Shown one piece after another: positions 23,529 to 35,433 of a stretch of DNA of 64,000 nt (the first letter of the stretch is position 1; the number at the start of each line of letters is the position of its first letter). The notes beneath the pieces were generated by a model, which saw only the letters and a program-made list of their open reading frames with translations, was not told the DNA's origin and did no database searches. This DNA comes from Azolla caroliniana. Lineage: Eukaryota > Plantae > Polypodiophyta. A program made the translations under genes and the position numbers. The stretch covers positions 6,138,001 to 6,202,000 of the forward strand of contig JBHGNT010000021.1 in assembly GCA_043228905.1 (NCBI GenBank), read 5' to 3'.

Positions 23529-24109
23529 GCTCTGATACCATGTAAAGAATCAAGTGTGATTCTATACATCGGAATAGGTTACAAATGTGTGTTATGTGTG
23601 TGTGAAAGAGGAGAGAGGAGAGACACAAGTTAGATAGGAAAATAGAATACTCAAGATGTATATTAACAAGGAGTAGAGAATAGCAACTACAAAGGTAATA
23701 GCATTACAATGGAGATTTACCGACGACTAAAATCCACTGCCGAATTAATTCCCGGTGACCTTATCCGACAACGTGTGGAATGGCTGAAAGCGGCGACGGA
23801 CTCTTGGGTATATCTAATCCAAGTGTTGTAGGGTTAGAGAGCCGTATGATGGGCGACTATCACGTACGGTTCGGGGCTACAAAGTAGGAGGGTGCTTTAT
23901 ATAAGCTCGGCCTCTCTCTACTTTATCTCACTCTCTCTCTAGAACCTTGGGGAATGTGGACACTCATTAGTTATGGGGAATATGGAACTCATTAGTTATG
24001 TGTCATAGTTAATGTGTAGAAAGTAGTGGTGACCCTTGGCCTTTAAGTGCTAATGGATTCTCAAAAGGTGTGTTCACACACTAGACTAGGTTGAGGTTGA
24101 TTCTCCACA
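23529..24109 (-). mobile_element. Copia-type 5' LTR (24109-23541) and tRNA-iMet PBS, probably belonging to the older Copia
   Basis: GCTCTGATACCA at 23529-23540 is the reverse complement of TGGTATCAGAGC. The adjacent segment is bounded by TG...CA and is co-oriented with the Copia coding relic. Confidence 0.75.
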
Positions 24110-24279
24110 AACCGGAATGGTTCATCAATACTTAGCTACATGTTTATATAGCATGTTTTATACATGCATGCTCACCACCTCATAGGCATCTCTATCATCC
24201 TCACTTTAGAACTTTACAAAAAAATGAGTATGAACTATAGAGATTGAATCAAAATATGTCATTATAAATTATAATCAAA

Positions 24280-24895
24280 CGTTCAAAAACTCATAAAACT
24301 TATATTCGAGAATATGAAGAAAACATGACATAGGCGGTAGTAGCATCACAACTTACCATTAGGGTGACCTAATTTCTAATAACAAAGAGAAAAAAAGAAA
24401 CCATCAAAAACTCATAAAACGTATATTCGAGGATATGAAGAAAACATGACATAGGCAGTAGTAGCATAACAACTTACCACTAGGGTGACCTAATTTCTAA
24501 TAACAAAGAAAAAAAAAAGGAACATGACACTAACATAAAATTTTGCCATGACATAGGCAGTAGTAGCATAACAACTTACCACTCAGGTGAGCTAATTTCT
24601 AATAACAAAGAAAGAAAGAAATAGAAGAGAAAGGAACATGACACTAACAACAAGATATGAGAAAGTTCGGAATTGGACCCAAGACACAAGTAATAGTAGT
24701 AGAACAACTTACCACTAGGTTGTGCTTAGTTCTAATAATAAAAAGTAAAAGCAAAAACCTATTATAACACTAACATAAAATTTTGTTATTACATGGTACG
24801 AGAGAGAGATGAGAAAATTGGGAATCGAACCCAAGACATAGACAGCAATAGGATGACTCCTTACCACTAGGGTGAGCTGAATTGTAATGAGAATA
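24280..24895 (-). repeat. Degenerate tandem repeats (5 or more units) containing tRNA-like A/B-box motifs
   Basis: Repeated CATGACATAGGCAGTAGTAGCATAACAACTTACCACTAGGGTGA. GGGAATCGAACCC at ~24820 is the reverse complement of a B box. Confidence 0.6.
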
Positions 24896-24936
24896 AATTT
24901 AAAAAAGGAGCACGTATTTTTTCCATTTCAAAACGT

Positions 24937-26845
24937 TGTCGCGATGTTTCACGCGTGTGTGTTACTTGGGCGGGACCACAAGGGGTCTTGAACTAGGGAG
25001 TACTGAAGGGATAAAGAAGACCTGAGGTTTGCTTTACGACAATACTACTTCCCGACCCCTTCCCAAGCAAGGGCGCGTTGCCCATTTTGTGAGGCCGGTA
25101 GCTTTCGTTGATCACGACTAGTCGAGTTTTCAAGATCACTACACGAGCCAAGTGATCAAACAGGTACAAGCAAAGATGAGCACGCAAGATGAACGCACAA
25201 GGGGACGATAACACAAACACGAATGCCCGTATGTCTTTATGAGGAGGAGAGGTGCATGGGCACGCCCGAACGCTCCCTTGTCACAAGACGTCGAACATAC
25301 GAGGAAGACACAAAACACATGCACAAATGCTCGTACGCCTTTATGAGGAGAGGTGCATGGGCACGCCCAAAACGCTCCCTCGTCACAAGACGACCGAACA
25401 TACAAGGAAGACACAAACACAGGCACCAAATGCTCGTACGCCTTTATGAGGAGGAGAGGTGCATGGGCACGCCCGAAACACTCCCTCGTCACAAGACAAC
25501 CGAACGTACAAGGAAGACACAAACACATGCACAAATGCCCGTACGCCTTTATGAGGAGGAGAGGTGCATGGGCACGCTCGAAACGCTCCCTTGTCACAAG
25601 ACGCCCGAACGTATAAGGAAGACACAAGCACACGCACAAATGCTCGTACGCCTTTATGAGGAGGAGAGGTGCATGGGCACGCCCGAAATGCTCCCTCGTC
25701 ACAGGACGCCCGAATGTACAAGGAAGACACAAGCACACGCACAAATGCTCGTACGCCTTTATGAGGAGGAGAGGTGCATGGGCACGCCCGAAACGCTCCC
25801 TCGTCACAAGACGATCGAACGTACAACGAAGACACAAACACACGCAAGAATGCTCGTACGCCTTTATGAGGAGGAGAGGTGCATGGGCACGCCCGAAACA
25901 CTCACTCATCACAAGACGGCCGAATGTACAAGTGGACGAGAACAAAGAAAGAAAAAAAAAATCACGAATGATATTGGCTAAAGAAATAAATAGGTGTTCA
26001 ATTCCAACGCAAGAGGGCCCTTTATAAAATAGGGTTTGATTACAATGTGGTAACTTGTAGTTAACCATAAGCTCAACAAAACATAAATATTAAATGCCCT
26101 TAAAGACAACAGCAAATCCGAACACGGAGCACGAACACGACGAAGACGAACACACGAGCGCCACAAAAATGCCAACCCCAACGAACCACGACCACCCGAA
26201 CGGCGAGGCGAGCAAACGGGCTCGCAACGACGAACGAGGCGAAGCAACGTCGAACCAACGAAGCTAGTCTCACAAGCACTATAAACGAGCACTTCGAGTG
26301 CCAGCTCGAAGAAGACGAGCATGTGGCGATGAGGGGATGAAAGGGTATGAGATGAAGAGAAGTGGTGAAGAAGATGGTGAAGAGATCCGAATGAAAAATG
26401 GTGATAGTCTCCTCCTCCCAAAACGTCCTCCTAAATGGGCCCCCCTCGACCTCATTTTATAGGAAAAAAAAGAAGGGGGGTCGCCAATTTTGTATTCAAT
26501 GTAAAAGGAATAAAATTCCTTAAATCACGTTATATTGTAAGATTGGATTTGAACCATGCACCTCTAGTTAAAAGTCAATGTGACTATCCACTAGTCCATT
26601 AACTCTCTCCTATATAATATATAATTCTATCTCTAGAAATTCATAACCTATCTCCCCTCTACTTTTTATCTCTCCTCTCTCTTACTTTTTACACGAGCTT
26701 CTATACCTCCTTTCCACCCTTTCTTTTCCCTTTTCTTTTGCATGTGCACAATTAATTGCCTTTGTGTGCACACACATTGCACATGCACATTTTGACCCCC
26801 CCTTTCGCCGATTTTTCCCACTCTCGAGCACGCCACATCATGACA
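24937..26845 (-). mobile_element. Long solo LTR (1.9 kb) with an internal ~120-bp tandem array (about 6 units, ~25200-25930)
   Basis: TGTCGCG...CATGACA; perfect TSD ACGT (24933-24936 / 26846-26849); family motif GACCCCTTGTGGTCCCGCCC on the minus strand. Confidence 0.85.
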
Positions 26846-27246
26846 ACGTGTTCATTTCCAAACGTTTAAATGCTTGCACTAACATGAATATTACGTTTTA
26901 TGAATGAATGTATTAAAGTAGAATGAGTATAGATACAAGATAGGCGATGAGAGCTTAAGACTGGTGTTGATTCGAATTGATTTGAGAGTTCATGTATGCC
27001 CTTATTTATAGGTTCCCATAGAATAGCCTACAGATTTCTATAATGTTCTAGAATGTTCTTCTCCTAAAATATTCTAAGATGTTCAAGAATGTTCCAGAGT
27101 ATTTATAGTAATCAGTGTATTACAAGAAGTAGCTTTTATCATCTCATATGATCATGGTCTATCTTAATGGTGGGGTTGTTGATCATGTATTATAAGGTCT
27201 TGGGTTCAGGCCTAGCTGAAGCCATGATGTTTATGTATTCGTGACA

Positions 27247-28300
27247 ACTGATGGTCAAACCAAAAGTACCAATCAAACCTTAGAACAATACCTTTGTTGC
27301 TTCATCAATTATCAACAGGATGATTGGGTGGACTATTTCCATTTTGGGGAGTTTTCTTATAATAATTAAGTTCATTCTTCTACCAAACTTACTCCTTCTT
27401 TGCTAACATGGGTGTTCATCCCCGTTGAACAATGCTTGACCACCCAAAAATCTCGAAAAACCCTATTGTGGAGGATCATCCAGGAAATTCATATTGCTCT
27501 TTTTCATCATTTACATAAAGCTCAAGCCACCTATAAGATATTTGTTGATCACCATCAACTTGACTCATCACCAAAAAAACCCAAATTTTATGTTGGAGAT
27601 CATGTATACCTCTTACGACATAATGTGAAGACCACTAGACCTTATAACAAGTCAGATTATCAACGTTCTGGTCCATATTTAATAACTAAATGGATCAATG
27701 AAGTTGCTTTTCATCTCAATCTCCCACCTCATATGCATATTCATCCAATGTTCCATGTCTCACTCTTGGAAAACCTCAAACTCTATTCCAAATCGTGTTG
27801 TTCCTCCTCCACCTCCTATTGAGCTTGATGAAGGCCTAGAATATGAAGTGAAAATCATTTTGGACTCCAAAGTTGTGAGCAACAAATTGTATTATTTCAT
27901 TGATTGGTTGGGTTATACACCTACAGATCAAACATGGGAGCCAGCTGAAAATCTCAATAATACCAAAAAACTTGAACTTGAAAATCTCATCAACGATATC
28001 CGAATAAGCCAAGTCCTAACTTGTGCATTGCGACTCATGGAACTCGTGGTCAAAGGAAGGGGATAATGTTATGAACATATACCAAAACTTCAAGACTTCT
28101 AATAGAGATTCAAACCCATGACCTCGTCAAAGAGGATGTGTAACCTCAACCACAAGGATACATTACATTTATGAGGTCAGTAGGAAATATAATATTATGA
28201 AATTTGTAACCGCATAGGGTAACGCATGATTACCAAGTGTCATGTGTGCCTATGAGGTGGTGGGCATGCATGATGGTATTATTCAGCTACAAGTTCTCCC
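27247..28300 (+). mobile_element. Chromovirus (Tcn1-like) relic: integrase C-terminus, chromodomain, PPT, start of 3' LTR at ~28067
   Basis: DGQTKSTNQTLEQYL, HPMFHVSLLE, EYEVKIILDSK...YFIDWLGY.....TWEPAENL; AAGGAAGGGGATAA then TGTTATG. The right boundary is approximate. Confidence 0.85.
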
Positions 28301-28399
28301 CATCAATGATCACAAGAACCTAACGTATTTCCAGAATGCTCGAGTCTCAATGATCGTTGATTAACTATGAGATTTGATATGGAGAAACTTCCAAGAATG

Positions 28400-29900
28400 G
28401 GCGTCAATGCGTAAAAGAGCCTACAATAGCCAAAAGCTCCTTGTCATGAATCTCATAATTAATTTCCACAGCTTCAATTTCCGCGAATGAAAAGCAACTG
28501 GATATAATAGCCCGTTTTCGTTGGGTTGTGAGAGGACGTTCCCAAGTGCAAAATCTGATGCATCGGCTTCCAAAATAAAGGGTTTGTCTTGGTCAACATG
28601 GATCAAAATAGGAGCTGATGTGAATGCACGTTTTAAGCTTCAAATGCCTTGATCGCACTAGAATTCCATATGAAGGGTTGGTTTTTATGTGTTAATTGTG
28701 TAAGAGGTAGAACCTTCTTTGAGTAGTTCCTAATGAATTTGATAAAAATTTGCAAATCCCAAGAAACATTGGACATCACACAAAAATTGTGGTGTTTCCC
28801 ACTCTAGAATTGTTTGCACCTTTGCTGGATCCATAGAGATTCTTTCTAGTGAGATTGTGCACCCAAGGAATTCCACTTGGTTGAGATCAAAACTACATTT
28901 CTTGAGTTTGGCATAGAGACCATATTCTTGTAATCGTCGTAGAACTTGGCATACATGCTCATCATGTTCTTCTTGACTCTTGGAAAATATCAAAATATCG
29001 TCCAAATAAATGATGGTGAATATATCCAAGAAGTCTCGGAAAATATCATTGGCGATATATTGAAAAACTACATTCGAAAGTATTTGGCTCCACTCAACCG
29101 CTCCAAAAGTGTTGGTATTAAAGGTAAGGCATACCTATTTCGAATTGTGATTTTGTTTAATCCTCGGTAATCTACGACCAAACGAAGCAATCCATCTTTC
29201 TTCTTGACAAAAAATATCGGTGCACCATCGAGAGATTTGGAATGACAAATAAATCCACTAGCTAAATTTTCATCAATATAGTCGTGAAGAACCTTGAGTT
29301 CGGCAGGCCATAAACTATAAATTGGTTCACATGGAGGATTTTTTCTTGGTTGAAGATCAACAGGACAATCATAAGGTCAATGTTCTGGGAGACTAACAAC
29401 TTTGTTCTTATTGAAGACATCTTAGAATTCTTGATACTTGGTTGGATGTAAGGTACTCGACTTTTGTTCAGCTAGTGTTGGCATTGTTATTATCGCAAAT
29501 ATAAACATTTCTTCTTTTTGTCCCTCTTTGCATAAGGTTTTTAGAGATATTGTTGAGATCTGATGGCACTCTTAGTGGTTTTTCATGGATTCTAGGATAA
29601 CTCGTTTCGTCCAGTCAATTTGGGGGTTGTGAAGCTCAAACCAACGTAGACCGAGGACAATCGGATGCTCAAGACTATAGATGATATCGAATGATATGAC
29701 ACAATCTAAATCACTGACTCGAACTACATGTACTAAGTCAAACTCTTCAGTTATGTCTCTAGAGGCAATAGGTCGACCATCTATGACTGTGACTGATATT
29801 GGACAATGCAATGGTTTTAATAAGATATTATGGGTCAAGGCAAAAATACAGTCCATGAAACAAGAGTTGGCTCTTGAATCTAAGAGAGCATATGCAGAGA
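28400..29900 (-). mobile_element. Chromovirus relic: protease, RT, RNase H (degenerate)
   Basis: ALLDSRANSCFMD (protease-like), [47 protein letters not shown]. Confidence 0.88.
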
Positions 29901-32900
29901 CATGATGACATCTAGAGGTACTAAGCTCAACTTGGGCCGAAAAAACCCTATTAACTTGGTTCGATGAAATGGAACCAATGCTATGGACTGACTCTACAAA
30001 TTCTCAGTTATCCAACCAAATGGCTCCTATTTTGGTTGGATTTACGTGTTTAACACCGCATCTAGTTGGCTAAGCACTCAAAACAATTTGAAGGTGTAGG
30101 GCTACTAGGATTGCTAGATGCATTTGGAGAATCGAGATCAAATTTAGTACTAGCACTTACTTGATTAACTTGACGCCTAGGTCAATGAGAACAATTTATC
30201 ACCATATGTCATGAACCACCACAATATAAACATAGTCAGTTCGCTTGACGTCTCTACTTTTCAGTTTCTGTTAAAGGTCCTCGATGACGTGCAGAATCGA
30301 TAGCCCAACTCCATGGGCTCCTCGACTACCACGTATTCTCATGTGTGATAAGTCCTCATGGGTTTGTCTCAAGTTCTAGGATAAATCATTCCTCGTTTGT
30401 GTTACCTTAAACCATTGAAATTAGCCTTTAGAATCAATGCCTACAATATGCACATCATACTCAAGTTAAATTTAATCAAATGTTCCTCGCACATTCGAGG
30501 TTGAGATAAATGGATCCGAAAGAAAATATCCTTGTCTCACTAATAAGAGTGTCAACATCTCAGTCCTCTTTATATAGCCAACTCTTAAAGCTCCCTAACC
30601 CATCATGGATTCAATTAGCTTTGATAATTGGTCCCTAAGGTTATACCTATCACATTGCGTGTAAAGGAATCATTTATCTCTAGTGCATTTCCATTTTCAT
30701 GACTGAGGTGGTTGATTTCTAATCAAATTTGACAACTTTAAATTATGTATTTATGTTCGTGTTCATACCTATCTGAGACGGATAAATCTATGTGTAAATA
30801 GATGTTTTCTTATTGGGAATTTCATGTCCCTCAATGGCCAACCAATAAATAGCCAAGTTTCCTTCATTATGTTCGTTGAATATGATATGTATGATAAGAA
30901 CTATTGCTTTTGTTTGGACAATGCTATAACCACAACCCATTCCCTAGGTTGATATTCAACAATATTGGCTAGAATTTTAGTCACACAATAGAGTGTACGC
31001 TAGAAGCATTTTCATACCTTTCATTACCTCCTTGTACTTGTACTCAAATGTTTCCATGCATGCATATTAACAAATTGGTCATGCGTTTTTTTCCCTTTAT
31101 GCATAATTGCTCCACATATGTCAAGATTTCAACCTAGGATAAAAGTTCCTCCTTCCATATGATGTCCCTTGATAAATCTTCATTCCCCCTTTGGATGTTT
31201 TTTTATATGTAATGTATATTGTGTCTCCTTGTAATGCGCATATTGATTTCATTTATTCCTTTTAAGGCCATCATAGTCCTTGACTATTGTGGCCATGCAT
31301 AAAAGGTTATATTTTTGCATTCCTTGCATTTATTGCCAAACCATGCATTATAAGATGGCTCCTTTACAACTCATCTCTTTATGTTAATTCCCATATACAT
31401 TCTATAGCTTTGCACAATGCATTTGTTAAGGAACCATTATGCATTCTTTGTGTCATTTGGGATGGGCCCACACAAGGATTTCCAAATATGTGTCTCGATT
31501 AGTACTTATATAGCTTTGTACAATACATTTTTGAAGAACCATTATGCATTCTCTATGTCATTTGGGATGGGATAACACAAGGATTTCCAAAAATGTGTCT
31601 AGATTAGTACTTCTGTTTTGTCGTTTCATTAAAAATGGGGAACATGATGCATGCAATGGTGTGGCTTCCAAACATCTTTAGCAACTCCATCCTTACATGC
31701 ATAAGTGTATGATTCAAATTTGGAAATTTATCTCTAATTTGAGATTTTATTGCACATCTAAGGCATCATGTTTTTCTAGTATATCGTTGCTGCCACTACT
31801 GATCTTGCTTGTTTGCACACTTGTATGAGGTAGGAAAAGCTTTTGTTTCAATAGAGATATGAAGTGCATCCTTGTGCATTTGAACTCCCAACATCATGAT
31901 TATAATTTCCATTTGGGATTTACTTTTGTGTGAGCATGTAAGACATATGGCTACAATGGGAAATGCATGAGTTTTGTATATGCTTGTTTAATCCTTGCAT
32001 TCATGTCTACAATGAGTAAGTAACGCTTTATTGTGATTAACCTATTCAACAAATTCTAGACAAACATCTCTAATAGGTCAATCCAAAGGTGTGATGTCTC
32101 TTTTGTAACATGGTGATTATGCATTGTAATTCTTTTTTATGTGATATTTATAGGATGCTTATTATGCATTGTGGGTCACACAAGCCTCAATCTATGAGCA
32201 GCCTCCAAATGCTCCCATGTTTCTAGAAGGATGAGTGTGATAACCTATGGAATTACCTCATTTAGACATCTTGGGTTGGGTTTCTAATACCCTCTTTTAC
32301 AACTTTATCCAATCCAATTTGCTTATTGGTTATGTATGAGTGCATGCATGTCACATTGCATGGAGGAATGTACAAAAGAGAGATTACTAATGACAATGAG
32401 AGACTCGTATGATCTATGGGTTGGGGTTTCTAATACCCTCTTTTACGACTTTATCCAATTTAGTCCGCTTATTAGTTATATATGAGTGCATGCATGTCAC
32501 CTTGCATGGAGGAATGTACAAAAGAGAGATTAATAATGACAATGAGAGACTTGTACGATCTATGGGTTGGGGTGGAGGCTTTGGTGAGGATGGAACTTTG
32601 CTTTTCTCGAGTTTACAACTTTGTCCTTATGGTGTATACCAACAGGATAAGAAGGAGAAGGAGAAGAAAATTAATGCCTCTAAAGAGGCCAATGTGACAT
32701 ATGTGAACAAACTATACACCTTATATAGCTTTCTGTTCAAGAAATGAAAAACACTAAATAGAGATAAAAAGCAAGAACTTCAATATGGTCATGTTAGGCC
32801 ATCCCAAAGCCCCTCAAGATGCATCATCTACATTGTGCTTTTTTGCTCGAGGAGTCTCTGATGAGTTTGTAGACAAATAATCCTCATACAAGTCAATTAG

Positions 32901-33737
32901 GTGAGTGGAAATCTTTGAACTTACTACGTGGAGAGATAATCGTCATACAATTATTTTGTTTCATATAGGCGAGGACGGGAAAATCTTTGAGGCTTACTCT
33001 AGTATTGTTTCGCCAAACAATTTTATTATTCTAAACAAGCCATCACATGTGTGTGCAGGAACTCTTGGTACAAACACGAAAATTGGATATAGTAAAGTTG
33101 ATATTCACCTTATTGATGATGAACTACACTACTTTTCACCCGATAAGTTACTGTTCCACTATGTGTAAAATATACATATCAACAATAAATAGTGCGCTCA
33201 CCCACTAGCGATAGTGTGGGTCATTAATGCGCATTGAGTGTAAGACCACATTTATTATAGGATTGACTATAAACCAAAATGACAACTGTAGCCAATATGA
33301 ATTGGAGATGTATTGTCTTCATGTGGACAAGCAAGCTATCACAAGAAAACACACACACACACACACACACACTTGCCGGAAGGTTAATGTAATGTAGTGA
33401 GGGTACTCCCTTGAAAAGAAATGGTTGGATTGCGGTTTGCCGCCATGTGTGAATCGAGGATTTTCGAATGGGGAGACATGAAGGTTGCTCGACAAGATGA
33501 TGACATGTTCCCTTAGGGTACACAAAATAAGGCGGGACAAAGGAGCTAAAACGAAAGGTAGAAGGAGAAAACTAAATGTTTCTTCTCGGACTATGCCTAG
33601 CGTGCCGTGGTGTAGTCGTAGTTTTGGAACGCAAAAGACTTTCCCGATCGAGAAACCGAAGCCCATCGATATACGCACCTTCCTCTCTCGTACAATGGTG
33701 GGAGTGCGGAGTCGAACTAAACGCGGTTCGGTTCAGG

Positions 33738-33773
33738 TTTAGGGTTTAGGGTTTAGGGTTTAGGGTTTAGGGT
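33738..33773 (+). repeat. Interstitial plant telomeric repeat, (TTTAGGG)5
   Basis: Read directly from the sequence. Confidence 0.9.
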
Positions 33774-33824
33774 TTGGCGTCTCCACCATGGTGAGAGGAA
33801 AAGCCAGTCACTAGGGCAATGGTG

Positions 33825-34275
33825 TAGAGAGAGAGAGAGAGAGAGACACCGCCCCTCTAGAGAGAGATAGAGGGAGAGAACAGGGGAGGTGGAGAAAGAG
33901 AGAGAGACCCCCTCTAGAGAGAGATAGAGGGAGAGAACAGGGGAGGTAGAGAGAGAGAGAGAGACCGCCTCTAGAGAGAGATAGAGGGAGAGAACAGGGG
34001 AGGTAGAGAGAGAGAGAAAAAGAGAATCAAATCATTGCTTTGTGTTTAGAGAGAGAAAAAGAGAATCAATTCATTGCTTTGTGTTTAGAGAGAGAAAGAG
34101 AAAGAGAGAGAGTGTGTATGTGTGTGAAATTTGAATCAATTCATTGTTTTGTGTTTAGAGAGAGAGAGAGAGAGAGAGTGTGTGTGTGAATCAATTCATT
34201 GTTTTGTGTTTAGAGAGACAGAGAGAGAGAGAGAGAGTGTGTGTGTGTGTGTGAATCAATTCATTGTTTTGTGTT

Positions 34276-34308
<33 letters not shown>

Positions 34309-34945
34309 TGTGTGTGAATCAATTCATTGTTTTGTGTTTTAGAGAGGGAAAGAGAGAATGTGTGTGTGTGTGTGAATCAATCATTGTTTTGTGTTTAGAG
34401 AGAGAAAGTAGGTGGGTGGGTGTGTGTGTGTGTGTGTGTTGTGAATCAATTCTTTGATTTGTGTTTAAAGTTTAAACTTTGGAGAGAGAGAGAGAGAGAG
34501 AGTAAAAAGAGGCAGAGAATAAGGTGGGTAATGGTTAGCAGGAGGAGAGAGCAGTATGTATGTATGTATGTATGTATGTATGTACATATGTAGTAGGAAG
34601 AGTAGATAGAGGCGCAGTTAATGGAGAAAGGAGACTGGTAGAGACAGACAGACAGACAGCTGCTGGTTGGTAGTTAAAATGAAGATGATATAGATCAGAT
34701 ACATACATACATACATACATACATAGTGTAGTAGCCATGGAAGCTTCTTGTCTCATTTGATCTTTTCTGTGTGTATACATACATACAAACATACATAGTA
34801 TAGTAGCCATGGAAGCTTCTTGTCTCATTTGATCTTTTCTGTGTGTATACATACATATACATATATTATACATACATACATACATAGTATAGTAGCCATG
34901 GAAGCTTCTTGTCTCATTTGATCTTTTCTGTGTGTATACATAATA
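33825..34945. repeat. Three adjacent microsatellite-containing minisatellite arrays upstream of the LTP gene
   Basis: 3x CCTCTAGAGAGAGATAGAGGGAGAGAACAGGGGAGGT (~33850-34010); about 8x GAATCAATTCATTGTTTTGTGTTTAG(AG)n(TG)n (~34020-34460); 3x TAGTAGCCATGGAAGCTTCTTGTCTCATTTGATC (~34725-34940). Confidence 0.85.
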
Positions 34946-35433
34946 CATATATATGTATATATATATATATATATGACTGCATGTAGAAAGGAAGAAGGAA
35001 AGGAAAAGAAGGGAAGAAAAGCCATCACCCCATACATTTATACCTGCAGAAAGTAAAAACCCCACCAACTCTAGAAGAAGTTAAGGAAAAGAAGTACAGA
35101 ACAGAGCCAAGGGGGAAGGAGAGCTGCCTTTTATATTATTGCACCCTTTTTTTCGGTTTTCCTCTTCTTCTTTTTTAAAAACTGCTCCTCCTACCAAGCC
35201 ACCATTAATCTAGAAACAAGGTGGAAGCAGGTGGAGAAACAGAGGAAACAGGGGGGGGGGGGTCCAAAACAGAGGAAAGAAAGCAAAGGGAGTTGCTTAA
35301 GACATCAATCAAGCAAGAGACAGAATCCCTAAGGAAAACAAAGATAGAGACATTAGACATTAGAAATTGGACATTAGACATTGGACATTGGAAATTGGAC
35401 ATTAGACAGAGGCAGAGATTAAGAGTGACCAAG

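Noticed and set aside
24975-25000. CTAG after a GC-rich stretch as a Helitron 3' end
   Set aside because: It is internal to a solo LTR with an ACGT TSD, and it is not followed by T.
25139-26068. Long repetitive ORFs (309 aa on minus, 252 aa on plus)
   Set aside because: By-products of a ~120-bp tandem array inside an LTR; no recognisable domain.
30000-33200. Possible decayed transposase or gene relic with local tandem duplications (~31430-31610, ~32270-32560)
   Set aside because: No motif could be identified with confidence; needs TBLASTX/HMM searches.
35221-35433. N-terminal 71 residues of the 267-aa ORF as part of the LTP protein
   Set aside because: The ORF begins at GTG in repetitive 5' UTR sequence; the signal peptide follows the ATGs at 35434-35470.
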